Source of the DNA: Chloroflexota bacterium
Lineage (GTDB): Bacteria > Chloroflexota > UBA11872
Direction of reading: 5' to 3'
Assembly: GCA_034422315.1 (NCBI GenBank)
Contig: DAOUJT010000039.1
Location: 1,488 to 65,487 of the forward strand
DNA: 64,000 bases
A program made the translations under genes and the position numbers. This document shows, piece by piece, positions 8,669 through 18,797 of this stretch. The notes beneath the pieces are model-generated. The model made no database searches and was not told the origin of the DNA. It saw nothing but the letters and a program-made list of their open reading frames with translations. The first letter of the stretch is position 1, and every line of letters starts with the position of its first letter.

Positions 8669-10621
8669 ATGACCCGCCAAGCCGTCCGCTCCACTATCGA
8701 AGGCAAGCTGGCCCAGTTGCCCGACGCCCCCGGCGTCTACCTGATGCGCGCCGCCGACGATCGTGTGCTCTATGTCGGCAAGGCCCGCTCACTGCGCGGT
8801 CGCGTCCGCAGCTACTTCCGACGCGGCGACCACTCCTATAAGACCCGCTCCCTCGTTGCCCGCATCGCCGACTTCACCGTCATCGTCACCGACTCCGAAG
8901 TCGAAGCCCTGGTCCTTGAGAACAATCTGATCAAGGAACATCGCCCCCGCTTCAATGTCACGTACCGCGACGACAAGCAATTCCTCTACCTCAAGGTCAC
9001 CGTGCAAGAGACCTATCCCCGCATCGCCACCACGCGAATCATCGCGAAGGACGGCTCGCTGTACTTCGGCCCCTACACCAGCGCCAAGTCCCTGCGCCAG
9101 ACCCTCAAGCTCCTCAACCGGCTCTTTCCCTACCGCACGTGCAATATCAGCATGGCCAAGCCGATTCCACGCCCGTGCCTCAAGTACGACCTCGGCCTCT
9201 GCAACGCGCCCTGCACGCGCTACGTCACGGTGGATCAGTACCGCGAGGTCGTCGATGGCGCCGTCCGCTTCCTCCGGGGTGAGTACGAGCATGTCAAGGA
9301 AAGCCTCACGGAACAGATGTGGGCCGCCTCCGACGCTCAGGACTATGAGGAAGCCGCCATATTCCGCGACCGCATCACGGCCATGGAGAAGGTCGTGGCC
9401 GAGCAGAAGGTCTCAGATCCCGACGCCCGTGAACGCCAGGTTGACGTCATCGCCGCCGTCCGCCAGGACCGCGACGCCATGGCGACGGTCTTTCGCATCC
9501 GCGGCGGCAAGCTCATCGGCCACCACCACTACGAGCTGACCGTCACTGGCGAGGAAACCGAGGCCGAGATGCTCGACGACTTCGTTCGCGAGTATTACGA
9601 CCGCGCCGCCGAAGTCCCCCAGCTTGTCCTCGTCCCCCACGACCTCACCGACGTCGAGGTGCTCCAGGACTGGCTCAAGTCCCTGCGCGGCGCCAGCGTC
9701 GCGGTCCGCCGCCCCCAGCGCGGTCCCAAGCGCCGACTCGTCGAAATGGCCGCCCGCAACGCCGCCGAGACCTTGCACCTGGAGCGCACCACCTGGCTGA
9801 ACAGCGAACGCAAGCGCCGCCAGGCCCTCCTCGAAGTCGGCGTCGCGCTCGACCTGCCCCGCCTCCCCCGCCGCATCGAGTGCTACGACATCTCCCACAT
9901 CCAGGGTTCTCTCGCCGTTGGCTCCCTGGTGGTCTTCGAAGACGGCGTCGCCAAGAACGGCAAGTACCGCAGGTTCAAAGTTCGCAGCGGCGCGGGCAAC
10001 GACGACTTCGAGTCGCTGCGCGAAGTCCTCCGCCGCCGCCTTCGCCGCTACGCCGAAGAGACGGCGGTTTCGGCTGCCGCGGGTCAGGACCCCCGCGCGT
10101 TAGCCAGTGTGCCGATGGCCGGATTCAATCCGGACGACCAACTGCCGCAGGTTGCAGAACCCACCGCCGGTTCCGCCAAGGAGTGGGGCGTTACCCCCGA
10201 CCTCATGCTCATCGACGGCGGCAAAGGTCAGCTAAGCGCCGCGCTGGACGTCTTCGGGGAACTTGGACTTGATCCCGCGCGAATCCCGCTGGCTGCTATC
10301 GCGAAACGACGCGAAGAACTCTACGTGCCCGGTCGGACCGGACCAGTGCTGATGCCCGTGGATGGCCCCGGACTTCACCTAACGCAGCAGATTCGAGACG
10401 AAGCCCACCGCTTCGCCGTCAGCTTCCATATCAAGCTCCGCACCGCCCGCGGCCGCCGCTCGATCCTAGACGAGATCCCCGGCATCGGCCCCAAACGCAA
10501 GCGCAACCTGCTGCGCACGTTCGGTTCTCTGAAGCGTATTCGAGCTGCCTCGCTCGAGGACCTCAAGGCCGTCGATGGGATGACGATCTCGACCGCTAAA
10601 GCTCTAAAGGAAGCCCTTTAG
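8669..10621 (+). CDS. uvrC: Excinuclease ABC subunit C
   Basis: GIY-YIG PGVYLM/LYVGKARSL, CLKYDLGLCNAPC, RIECYDISH, LIDGGKGQL, HhH GIGPKR. Confidence 0.98.
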   Translation: MTRQAVRSTIEGKLAQLPDAPGVYLMRAADDRVLYVGKARSLRGRVRSYFRRGDHSYKTRSLVARIADFTVIVTDSEVEALVLENNLIKEHRPRFNVTYRDDKQFLYLKVTVQETYPRIATTRIIAKDGSLYFGPYTSAKSLRQTLKLLNRLFPYRTCNISMAKPIPRPCLKYDLGLCNAPCTRYVTVDQYREVVDGAVRFLRGEYEHVKESLTEQMWAASDAQDYEEAAIFRDRITAMEKVVAEQKVSDPDARERQVDVIAAVRQDRDAMATVFRIRGGKLIGHHHYELTVTGEETEAEMLDDFVREYYDRAAEVPQLVLVPHDLTDVEVLQDWLKSLRGASVAVRRPQRGPKRRLVEMAARNAAETLHLERTTWLNSERKRRQALLEVGVALDLPRLPRRIECYDISHIQGSLAVGSLVVFEDGVAKNGKYRRFKVRSGAGNDDFESLREVLRRRLRRYAEETAVSAAAGQDPRALASVPMAGFNPDDQLPQVAEPTAGSAKEWGVTPDLMLIDGGKGQLSAALDVFGELGLDPARIPLAAIAKRREELYVPGRTGPVLMPVDGPGLHLTQQIRDEAHRFAVSFHIKLRTARGRRSILDEIPGIGPKRKRNLLRTFGSLKRIRAASLEDLKAVDGMTISTAKALKEAL

Positions 10622-10644
10622 CGCATCGGCTGAACGCGGCCCGG

Positions 10645-10815
10645 CTACTCGCGCCCTGGTCGCTGTTCCCATAGCGGCAGAATCGCCAGCAGATCCAGGT
10701 CTTCAAACTGCGTGTCGGATGCCAGGTCGCTTATGGGATCGAGTAACCCACGAGCCCCTAGATCGCTGACCCGCGACTCTGCGGTGTCTAGCCGTTGCTG
10801 CTCGTCAGGCCCCAT
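10645..10815 (-). CDS. Small acidic hypothetical protein, 56 aa (below the ORF-track cutoff)
   Basis: GGGAGG Shine-Dalgarno 5 nt before ATG; MGPDEQQRLDTAESRVSDLGARGLLDPISDLASDTQFEDLDLLAILPLWEQRPGRE; 22 bp after the permease stop. Confidence 0.5.
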   Translation of the reverse strand: MGPDEQQRLDTAESRVSDLGARGLLDPISDLASDTQFEDLDLLAILPLWEQRPGRE

Positions 10816-10837
10816 GGGTGCCTCCCGTCAATCCCGC

Positions 10838-12142
10838 CTAGGCAAACGCCAAGTACCGCAACCATACCCAGATGGTGCCGATTATCAGCACCATCACGGT
10901 CACTGGAATGCCGTATTTCATGAACTGGACAAACCGAATGTGGTGACCCTCGCGCTCCGAAATACCGGCCAGGATCACGTTCGCCGACGCTCCGATGATC
11001 GTGGCGTTGCCTCCAAAGTCCGCCCCGATCGCCAGCGACCACCACAGGATGTTGTCGGGGTTTAGGCCTTCCGCCGTCAACCTCTGGACCACCGGCAACA
11101 TCGTCGCGGTATACGGAATGTTGTCCACCACGGCCGAGAGAACGGCGCTCAGCCACATGAGCAGAAGCGCCGTGGCGCCCACGTTGCCTTGCGTCAACTC
11201 GATGGTGAAATCAGCCACCGCATCCAGCACGCCCAACTCCACCAGCCCGCCCACCATCATGAACAGACCAACAAAGAAGAGCACACTGGCCCACTCGACC
11301 TCGTTGTAGACCTTGTGGACGTCCGGTCTCGTGATAATCATCAATAGCGCCGCGCCCGCAACGGCTACCGTCGCCGGCTCCCACCCCATTGCGCCGTGAA
11401 TCAGGAAACCGAATATCGTCAGCCCCAGCACGCCCAGCCCGATGTACATCCCGCGTCGGTCGGTGATGGCGTCGGCGGGATCCAACGTGGCCAGGGCGGC
11501 GGCTCGCTGAGGGTCCGCCACCACCTGCGATCTGAACATCCAACGCATCACAACTAGCAGGAACACCAGTGAAATCACGGCCGGCGGCGTCATGTGAGCC
11601 GCAAACACGGCGAAGTCAAGGTCGCCCGCGCTGGCTATCAGGATGTTCGGCGGGTCGCCGATCAGCGTGGCGGCGCCCCCGACGTTCGACGCCAGGATTT
11701 CGGCGATGAAAAACGGCACCGGGTTCAGTCCCAGACGCGATGCCACGAAAATGGTGATTGGCGCAATCAGGATCACCGTGGTCACGTTGTCGAGAAACGC
11801 CGACAGCACGGCCGTAATCAGCGATAGCGCCAGCATCAACTGCACACCATCGCCCTTGGTCCAGCGCGCCGCCAGGATCGCCAGCGCCTGAAACGCCCCG
11901 GTGTGCCGCACGATTCCCGCCAGCACCATCATTCCCACCAGCAGCAGGATCACGTTCAAGTCGATGTGCTCGAACGCGTGGTGCTGATCCAGGATTCCAA
12001 TCAGGATCATCAGCGTGCCGCCGCCCAGCGCCACCGCCGACTTCGGCACCTTGTCGCTTGCTATCAGCGCGTAGGCGACCACGAATATGACAACGCCGGC
12101 CACCACCAGACCGGTCCCTACAACCGCATCGCTCTCGTGCAT
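10838..12142 (-). CDS. ArsB/NhaD (SLC13/IT superfamily) permease
   Basis: SAFLDNVTT, GGAATLIGDPPN, SAVVDNIPY, GGNATIIGASAN. Confidence 0.92.
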   Translation of the reverse strand: MHESDAVVGTGLVVAGVVIFVVAYALIASDKVPKSAVALGGGTLMILIGILDQHHAFEHIDLNVILLLVGMMVLAGIVRHTGAFQALAILAARWTKGDGVQLMLALSLITAVLSAFLDNVTTVILIAPITIFVASRLGLNPVPFFIAEILASNVGGAATLIGDPPNILIASAGDLDFAVFAAHMTPPAVISLVFLLVVMRWMFRSQVVADPQRAAALATLDPADAITDRRGMYIGLGVLGLTIFGFLIHGAMGWEPATVAVAGAALLMIITRPDVHKVYNEVEWASVLFFVGLFMMVGGLVELGVLDAVADFTIELTQGNVGATALLLMWLSAVLSAVVDNIPYTATMLPVVQRLTAEGLNPDNILWWSLAIGADFGGNATIIGASANVILAGISEREGHHIRFVQFMKYGIPVTVMVLIIGTIWVWLRYLAFA

Positions 12143-12249
12143 GGGCTCAATTCACAGATGACCCGCCGACGCGGGAAATACCTGACACACGCTACGGCGG
12201 CGTCACGGGTTCGCGACTGACCGCCGTGTCGATATGTTACGGCACCGCC

Positions 12250-13038
12250 TCAATTGCGCGGCCGCGCGACATTGAGGTCTGATCCGGCTGCGTCGACCGC
12301 CTGGACCGCCGCTACCGCGACTGCGCGCAAGGTCCGCAGTGCCGTTCCCATGTCTTGCATGAATTGCACAATCGACGGAAGTTCCACGGGCCATCGCGCC
12401 AGCCCCAGGATGTCAGGCCACAAGCGCCCTCCCTGGGCGACCGCCAGCGCCGCCACGCTATGCGGAATGTCGCGCCCCACCGGGTCCAGCACCACGCGCA
12501 GGCCCGCCGCCGGTACCGTTGCCCGCCGTGCGCCGGTCAGCAGCGCGTGCGTTTCCATGTCGACCCCCACGAACCCGGCATCGCCCAGCCGACGTTTCTC
12601 CTCCGAACGCGCCAGCGTGTCCACCGCTGCGAGCGGGCCCACGCGAACCGACGTTCCAGCTGCCTGCAAGCTCTCGGCCAGAGCCTCGACCATGCCTGCG
12701 TTCGCACACGTCGGATTAGCAAAAAAGGGCCCGGCACCGCTCGCTACCAGCACGTCGCCGGCTGACTGGCCGGACTGAGTTCCGCCGGCGACGCCTACGA
12801 TCAAGAGCTTGCCGATCAGACCGGCTTCCAGCACGCGCTCCAGGGTGGCGGTAGACCGACGTGCGCCTTGCCCGGTCACGATCCCAACAGCTTCGACGTC
12901 GCCGAATCTGAATGTTCGTGCGCCGCCGACTTCGGGGACTGACAAGCCCGCATCAGCTTCGCCGACGAACGCACTCAGTTCGGACCTGGTCGGCGCCAGG
13001 ACACCCAGCACCGCCCTCTCGTTCTCAGTCGGTCGCAC
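12250..13038 (-). CDS. Nucleoside phosphorylase-fold protein (PNP_UDP_1; HpnG/MTA nucleosidase-like)
   Basis: GIVTGQG, LLIVGVAGG, GDVLVA, GVDMETHAL, GLRVVLDP. Confidence 0.8.
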   Translation of the reverse strand: MRPTENERAVLGVLAPTRSELSAFVGEADAGLSVPEVGGARTFRFGDVEAVGIVTGQGARRSTATLERVLEAGLIGKLLIVGVAGGTQSGQSAGDVLVASGAGPFFANPTCANAGMVEALAESLQAAGTSVRVGPLAAVDTLARSEEKRRLGDAGFVGVDMETHALLTGARRATVPAAGLRVVLDPVGRDIPHSVAALAVAQGGRLWPDILGLARWPVELPSIVQFMQDMGTALRTLRAVAVAAVQAVDAAGSDLNVARPRN

Positions 13039-13047
13039 TGAACCCGG

Positions 13048-13812
13048 TCAATCCGCCACGAAGAATGTGTGCCGCGCGGGCTGGGCGACGACGTCCTGGT
13101 AGTCCTCGACCCGGCCCACCTGTTCGCCGTCAACCAGGTAGGGCGTCGGGCCGCGAAGGACGAATTCGGCCCGGTCGAAGCGGTTGAATACCGTGTGCGC
13201 CAGCCGCAGCCAGCACATCGGGTCCGCCTCAGGTGAGTCGAGGTCGGCCCAGAGCATCGGGCCCGTATCCATCTGAAACAGATTGCGCTCCGGGTGGTAG
13301 TTGAACGTCTTCACGGGATATTCCAGCACCGCCCGGCGCGTACGCGTCTCGTTCTCGATTTCTGTCTGAATAACCACCGGGCTCAACGATTCCGCCGCCG
13401 CCACCAGCGCCGCGTTTTCGGCTGCGGGACGCGGATTCGGCAGCGGAGAAAGCGCGTAATCAAGTTCAAGATACCGCTCGTCGATCAGCACGGGCTGCGG
13501 CCTGGGATCCGGATCGGTCAGATCGCGGCTGAAGCGCAGCGCCCGGTCCTTGCGCTGCGCCCAGGCGAGCCGGTATTCGCCCCCCGGCTGCTGGATGCAG
13601 GTGTCGTCCCGATACATCCACTCCGTGCGGCACGGCGCGATCAGGTAAAACTCCTCGTCCGCGCCAGTGGCGGAGTCAATCACCCGAGCGCGCGCGTCCA
13701 ATTGGATGCGCACGCTGTTGCCATAGGGCATGTGTCCCGGCGTGCGGATGTCGGACGTGAGCGGCGCGGTGGTCCATCGCAGGTACGAGCGGCTGTAATC
13801 CAGAAGCTGCAT
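13048..13812 (-). CDS. Hypothetical protein
   Basis: 254-aa ORF with protein-like composition, 9 bp upstream of the phosphorylase gene on the same strand; no family recognised. Confidence 0.75.
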   Translation of the reverse strand: MQLLDYSRSYLRWTTAPLTSDIRTPGHMPYGNSVRIQLDARARVIDSATGADEEFYLIAPCRTEWMYRDDTCIQQPGGEYRLAWAQRKDRALRFSRDLTDPDPRPQPVLIDERYLELDYALSPLPNPRPAAENAALVAAAESLSPVVIQTEIENETRTRRAVLEYPVKTFNYHPERNLFQMDTGPMLWADLDSPEADPMCWLRLAHTVFNRFDRAEFVLRGPTPYLVDGEQVGRVEDYQDVVAQPARHTFFVAD

Positions 13813-13930
13813 AGCGTCTCAGGTGCATGCGACCGGCCATCCATTGTGCGCGCCACGAATCAGGCCTGCTTCAAGCGGATGGCGTCCGCGACAAGCAAGT
13901 CTGCCGTCTACGTTGCGCCGAGCGAAAATG

Positions 13931-14317
13931 CTATCCGGGCACTCGCGGCATGGCCTGCAGCGTCGCCCCTACGTCCACACTGCACGAGCCTCGACTGTAG
14001 GCGCCGTCAAAGTGCTCGCACTGCCAGCCGGCCTGCGCGGTTCCGGCGAGGTTGCATACCTCCATCAGGCCAGGAGCCCCGCTGCCAGGCGCGACTACGG
14101 GCATGCCCAAGTACTGCCCACCAAAGAAGTCACAACCGGCCTTCAACTCAGCAGCGTTCGGCACCCGGGACTGATACCGATTCTCCTCGTTCGCAAACTC
14201 CGCGTTCTCAATCTGAAATCGGATACCGATCACAATCAGCGCAACCAGCCCCACCACGACTACAACGCTGAAGATGCGCAGCCCATTGCGAATAATGAAA
14301 GGTTCTCGTTCAATCAT
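13931..14317 (-). CDS. Hypothetical single-pass membrane protein with a 4-Cys extracytoplasmic domain
   Basis: Hydrophobic IFSVVVVVGLVALIVIGI then a domain with four Cys; start uncertain (14317 or 14392). Confidence 0.55.
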   Translation of the reverse strand: MIEREPFIIRNGLRIFSVVVVVGLVALIVIGIRFQIENAEFANEENRYQSRVPNAAELKAGCDFFGGQYLGMPVVAPGSGAPGLMEVCNLAGTAQAGWQCEHFDGAYSRGSCSVDVGATLQAMPRVPG

Positions 14318-14407
14318 CCAAGAGTGCTCCGAACGCGTTGGTGGCGGTGGCCATTCTGTCCACCTTAGGCCATAGTCGCCAGTTGCTTCCAATAAATTGT
14401 CCGCCCG

Positions 14408-15028
14408 TCACGGCGCACGCTCCGGACCGCGGTCCAGGAACTCCCGGTAGAACCGCTCGATCCGTACGGCGTCAAACTCGTCGAACGGTTCCTGCCAGTT
14501 CCATGCGATCAGCATGAAGCGCGAGCCAAAGTCATTCTCGTACGGCGTGGCCAGCAGCTTCACTTCCCCGAACGCGCCGTCCGGCAGCGATGCATAGACC
14601 CGATTGATGTCGGCCCTGACCTGGTCGCAGTCGTCCGTGCAGGCATACAGCAGCACGATCGCGCCGTGCTCAAGGTTGTGGACCCAGTAGCCGGGGTTTA
14701 CGGGCTCATCAAACACGCCGTAGCGCGACCACACCGGATAGTGGTCGCCTGACGCTGGTGGATTCGTCCCATACTCAACCACGCTGCCTTCGGCCACGTG
14801 CTGTCGTCCTTCATTCTCGATTCGGATGCGTTCGGGAGCGTCTGCCTCCGGTCCACGACCCAGGGCAATCACCAGAACCGCCAGCGCCGCCACTACGCCT
14901 GCGCCAAGGACTGTCATCCCGGCCAGTCGCAGGCGCCGCATCATGCGCGCAGCACGCTGGCGCTCCTCCCGCGCGGCGCGGCGCCGCGCGCGTCGGGCCT
15001 CGGCGGCTGATGGTCGTGAAGCACTCAT
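14408..15028 (-). CDS. DUF3105 domain protein
   Basis: YGTNPPASGDHY, VHNLEHGAIVLLY, LIAWNW; basic N-terminus plus TM anchor; ATG at 15028. Confidence 0.9.
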   Translation of the reverse strand: MSASRPSAAEARRARRRAAREERQRAARMMRRLRLAGMTVLGAGVVAALAVLVIALGRGPEADAPERIRIENEGRQHVAEGSVVEYGTNPPASGDHYPVWSRYGVFDEPVNPGYWVHNLEHGAIVLLYACTDDCDQVRADINRVYASLPDGAFGEVKLLATPYENDFGSRFMLIAWNWQEPFDEFDAVRIERFYREFLDRGPERAP

Positions 15029-15110
15029 GGTCTTGGACTCAATATTGCCAAAGCCGCCACGCTGCCGGCCCATACGCCAGAATAGGTTGCCGCTCCACCC
15101 GGTACTTGCC

Positions 15111-16547
15111 ATGGCATCCACCTCTGTCGGACTCGTTGGCCTTGCGGTCATGGGCCGCAACCTCGCTCTCAACATTGAGCGCAACGGCTTTCCCATCACC
15201 GTATTCAACCGCACGGTTCAGCGCACCGATGAGTTTCTGGCTGGCGACGCCTGCGGTACATCTGTGCGGGGGGCGCGGACCTTGGAGGAATTCGTCGAAG
15301 CCCTAGACCGTCCGCGTCGGATCATCCTCATGGTGCAGGCCGGCCGCGGCGTTGACGCTGTCCTGGACCAGTTGCTTCCGCTGCTGGCGCCCGGCGACGT
15401 CGTCATGGATGGCGGCAACTCGCACTTCCACGACACCGCCCGACGCTTCGAGCGCGTCAGTGCCACCGACGTGATGTTTCTGGGGACCGGCATCAGCGGC
15501 GGCGAATCCGGCGCCCTGCTCGGACCGTCCATCATGCCGGGCGGCCCCTCGGCCGCCTATGAATCCATGCGCCCAGTCCTGGAGCGGATCGCCGCTACGA
15601 CCGACGACGGCCCATGCACCGCCTACTGCGGCGCCTCCAGCGCCGGACACTACGTCAAAATGGTCCATAACGGCATCGAATACGGCGATATGCAGTTGAT
15701 CGCCGAGGCCTACGCTGTCCTGAAGGCTGCCGGCCTAACCCCGCCCGAACTGGCCGACGTCTTCAGCGAGTGGAACGACGCCGAGCTCGAGTCTTTCCTC
15801 ATCCAGATCACCGCCGATGTCTTTCGCGTCCGCGACGCGCATGGCAGCGGATATGTGGTTGACCAGATCCTCGACGCCGCCGGTCAGAAGGGCACCGGAC
15901 GCTGGATGTCGCAAGACGCCCTGGAACTGGGCGTCCCCATCCCTACCATCGACGCCGCTGTCTGGTCCCGCAACATCTCAGCCCGCAAGGACGAGCGAGT
16001 CAGCGCCGCCGGCGAGCGCCGGGCACCGAGCCTTCAGCGCACCGCCGATCTGGTTCAGCAGGTTCGCCAGGCCCTCTATGCCGCCAAGATCTGCTCCTAC
16101 GCCCAGGGGATGGACTTGCTGCGTACCTCCTCGCAGGAGCGTGACTACGGCATCAACCTGTCGGAGATGGCTCGTATTTGGAAGGCCGGCTGCATCATTC
16201 GGGCTCGTCTGCTCGGGCTCATCCAGGGCGCCTTCCAAGACGACCCGAATCTGCCAAACTTGATGGTCGAGCCGTCCTTCGCCAGCCACCTTGCGGGCGC
16301 CCAGCCTGCCTGGCGCACCGTGGTCGGTGCAGCCAAGACCGCCGGCATTCCATGCCCCGCCCTCAGCGCCTCACTTGACTATTACGACGCCTACCACTCC
16401 GCCCGGCTGCCGGCCAATCTCATCCAGGCCCAGCGCGATTACTTCGGCGCCCACACCTACCAGCGAACCGACCGCGACGGTGTCTTTCACACCCGCTGGG
16501 AGTCTGGCGCGCAGAGTGGTAGCGCGACCAGCGAACCGGTGGACTGA
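15111..16547 (+). CDS. gnd: 6-phosphogluconate dehydrogenase, NADP-dependent decarboxylating
   Basis: GLVGLAVMGRNLALN, HYVKMVHNGIEYGDMQLIAE, QKGTGRW, NLIQAQRDYFGAHTY. Confidence 0.98.
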   Translation: MASTSVGLVGLAVMGRNLALNIERNGFPITVFNRTVQRTDEFLAGDACGTSVRGARTLEEFVEALDRPRRIILMVQAGRGVDAVLDQLLPLLAPGDVVMDGGNSHFHDTARRFERVSATDVMFLGTGISGGESGALLGPSIMPGGPSAAYESMRPVLERIAATTDDGPCTAYCGASSAGHYVKMVHNGIEYGDMQLIAEAYAVLKAAGLTPPELADVFSEWNDAELESFLIQITADVFRVRDAHGSGYVVDQILDAAGQKGTGRWMSQDALELGVPIPTIDAAVWSRNISARKDERVSAAGERRAPSLQRTADLVQQVRQALYAAKICSYAQGMDLLRTSSQERDYGINLSEMARIWKAGCIIRARLLGLIQGAFQDDPNLPNLMVEPSFASHLAGAQPAWRTVVGAAKTAGIPCPALSASLDYYDAYHSARLPANLIQAQRDYFGAHTYQRTDRDGVFHTRWESGAQSGSATSEPVD

Positions 16548-16560
16548 ACGGAGGGCTGGC

Positions 16561-17073
16561 CTATCGCCGCTGCGCGACATACCGCCGCAGTAGCGGCAAT
16601 ATCGCCTGCTGCTGAGCATTGTTTAGATAGAGCGACACGTCGCTTCGCTCCGAGGATCGCAGTTGCACCACGCCTCCGGCGCGCCGATACGCCTCAAAGC
16701 TGTCCCAGTTCCAGAACCGGCCCGTATGCAGGCCAACCCCGCGGTCCGTGAAGGTGTAGCTCACCGGAAACAGCAGCCAACCCGCCACCAGCAGCAAGGA
16801 AACCACGTCGGCGCCCTCGGTCGTCCATGTCCCCGGTAACAGCCGAATGCCTAGAAATATCCCCAAGATCAGCAGCAGATACCAGCGGTACAGCAGGATG
16901 CGAGCCCGAAACGACGTCCGCAGTTGCATCACCTCATGCCCCGGCAGTGGCCGCGCCCACGGATTGAGCGTCCCGCTCACCATCGCCCCATAAACCAGCG
17001 CAGCCAGCGCCACACTGGCATACCGAGTCAGGTCAGACGCCTCCACTGGTCGGTCCCCGGACAACTGTTGCAC
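16561..17073 (-). CDS. Hypothetical membrane protein (TM helices plus a PH-like tail)
   Basis: Three hydrophobic segments then YTFTDRGV...WNWDSF; fills the gap between gnd and the DJ-1 gene. Confidence 0.65.
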   Translation of the reverse strand: MQQLSGDRPVEASDLTRYASVALAALVYGAMVSGTLNPWARPLPGHEVMQLRTSFRARILLYRWYLLLILGIFLGIRLLPGTWTTEGADVVSLLLVAGWLLFPVSYTFTDRGVGLHTGRFWNWDSFEAYRRAGGVVQLRSSERSDVSLYLNNAQQQAILPLLRRYVAQRR

Positions 17074-17289
17074 CGCAACGATGCTAGCAGGGGATCTTCA
17101 CCGCGTGGCGTCGCCCTCGCAGCATGCAATTGGCGACCTTGGCAAGCGCGAAGACGACCCATGCAACGGCCGCGCCCGTTCACCGACCGCTGTCTGATCC
17201 CCAGGCGGAATCCGGCGCCGCAATTCAGGCATGCTATCGCCAGCGCTCCCCGATGCGGCGCGGTCTCACATGGAGCGGAGGCGGCTGAC

Positions 17290-17886
17290 ATGAACACGGA
17301 AGCGGATGGCGTGCTTATCATCGTGGGCGACGCCACCGAGACGGTGGACACGCTGTATCCAATCCTGCGGCTGCAGGAGGATGGCTTTCGCCCGGTGGTG
17401 GCTGGGCCCCAGAAGCGTCGGTACCAGATGGTCCTGCACGAAATTCCCCAGACTGGCTGGGAAATCACGCGCGAATACGAGGGCTACACCATTCAGGCGG
17501 ACGTGGCCTTCGCCGAGGTGCGGCCCGAAGCGTATGTGGGGATCTTCTTTTCAGGAGGACGTGCGCCCGAGTACATCCGCTACGACCCTGACCTGGTCCG
17601 CATCACGCGCTACTTCTTCGATCACGACAAGCCGGCGGCCTCCGTCTGCCACGGCGTGGAAATCCCTGCGTATGCGGGCGTAGTGCAGGGGCGCACGATG
17701 GCCTGTGTCCCGAAATGCAAGTTCGATCTGGAAGTCTGCGGCGGGATCTATGCCGAGGAGACCTGGGCGATCGACCGCAACCTCGTCTCGGGGCGAACCT
17801 GGCACGACCACGGGCGGTACATGAAGCACTGGATCGAGCTGCTGAAGGCCGAGCGCCAACGCATGCTAGGAACAGAGCGACCGTGA
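17290..17886 (+). CDS. DJ-1/PfpI family protein
   Basis: LIIVGDATE, FSGGRAPEY, nucleophile motif VCHG, LVSGRTW. Confidence 0.92.
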   Translation: MNTEADGVLIIVGDATETVDTLYPILRLQEDGFRPVVAGPQKRRYQMVLHEIPQTGWEITREYEGYTIQADVAFAEVRPEAYVGIFFSGGRAPEYIRYDPDLVRITRYFFDHDKPAASVCHGVEIPAYAGVVQGRTMACVPKCKFDLEVCGGIYAEETWAIDRNLVSGRTWHDHGRYMKHWIELLKAERQRMLGTERP

Positions 17887-18725
17887 GCCACATCAAGTTA
17901 GGCGCGGGAACCTACGCCTTTCGCGACGTGGATATGTACAAAGTCCTGCCGCGCGTGCGGCGGATCGGGTATGAGGCCATTGAGATCCTGGCCGGTGAAG
18001 GTTGGCCAACGGCGCCGGCGCGTTTGAACCGAGATGATCGGTCCAGGCTGTCGGATGCGATTCAGCAGCAGGGTTTCGACTCGCCGGCACTCATGGCCTT
18101 GCTGCCGCTGTGTGAGGAAGGCGGTGGGCAAGAGACCGTCGAGGCCGAGTTTCGCGCCGTCTGCCATTTAGCCCGCGATCTCTCGTTCTCGGATGCCCCG
18201 TCGGTTCTCAGCTCTCCCATTGGGCACCAGAGCCCGGCGTGGGAGAGCGGCCGGGCGCGCATTGCGGATCGCCTGGTTGCGCTGGCTGACATCGCGCGGG
18301 AGCACGGGGTCATCCTGGCTGCCGAGCCGCACGTCGGAAACCCGCTGGACAGCCCGGAAAAGGCCGTCTGGCTCATGGAGCAAACGAATCATCCCGCGCT
18401 GCGGCTCAACTTCGATATCAGCCACTTTCACGTGCAGGCGATGGATCTGCGCCACTGCATCGAGGCCTGCCTTCCGTATGCCGCGCACATTCACGTCAAG
18501 GACGGATACATCGATGCCGACGGGCAGGTTGTCTTTCAGCTTCCCGGCGAGGGAAGTCTGGACCTTGGTGAGTACTTCCGAATCCTGGCGGAGCACAACG
18601 CCACCGTTCCGGTCACCGCCGAGGTCAGCGCCATGATTTGGCGTCGGCCCGATTACGATCCCTGGGCGGCGGCTGAACAATCATTTGCCGCCCTCGATGC
18701 GCCACGGCGGGCCGCGAGAGGCTAG
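17883..18725 (+). CDS. Sugar phosphate isomerase/epimerase (xylose isomerase-like TIM barrel)
   Basis: AAEPHVG, NFDISHF, HIHVKD, TAEVS metal ligands; GTGA overlap. Confidence 0.9.
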   Translation: MSHIKLGAGTYAFRDVDMYKVLPRVRRIGYEAIEILAGEGWPTAPARLNRDDRSRLSDAIQQQGFDSPALMALLPLCEEGGGQETVEAEFRAVCHLARDLSFSDAPSVLSSPIGHQSPAWESGRARIADRLVALADIAREHGVILAAEPHVGNPLDSPEKAVWLMEQTNHPALRLNFDISHFHVQAMDLRHCIEACLPYAAHIHVKDGYIDADGQVVFQLPGEGSLDLGEYFRILAEHNATVPVTAEVSAMIWRRPDYDPWAAAEQSFAALDAPRRAARG

Positions 18726-18797
18726 CACGGACGCCTAGGCCCACGGGTCGTGGGTTCCGAAGCGCCAGAAATGGCCTTTCAGATCGCGGCATTGAGG

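Noticed and set aside
10045-10190. About 45-aa insertion in the UvrC nuclease domain
   Set aside because: Falls at a site known to be length-variable in UvrC.
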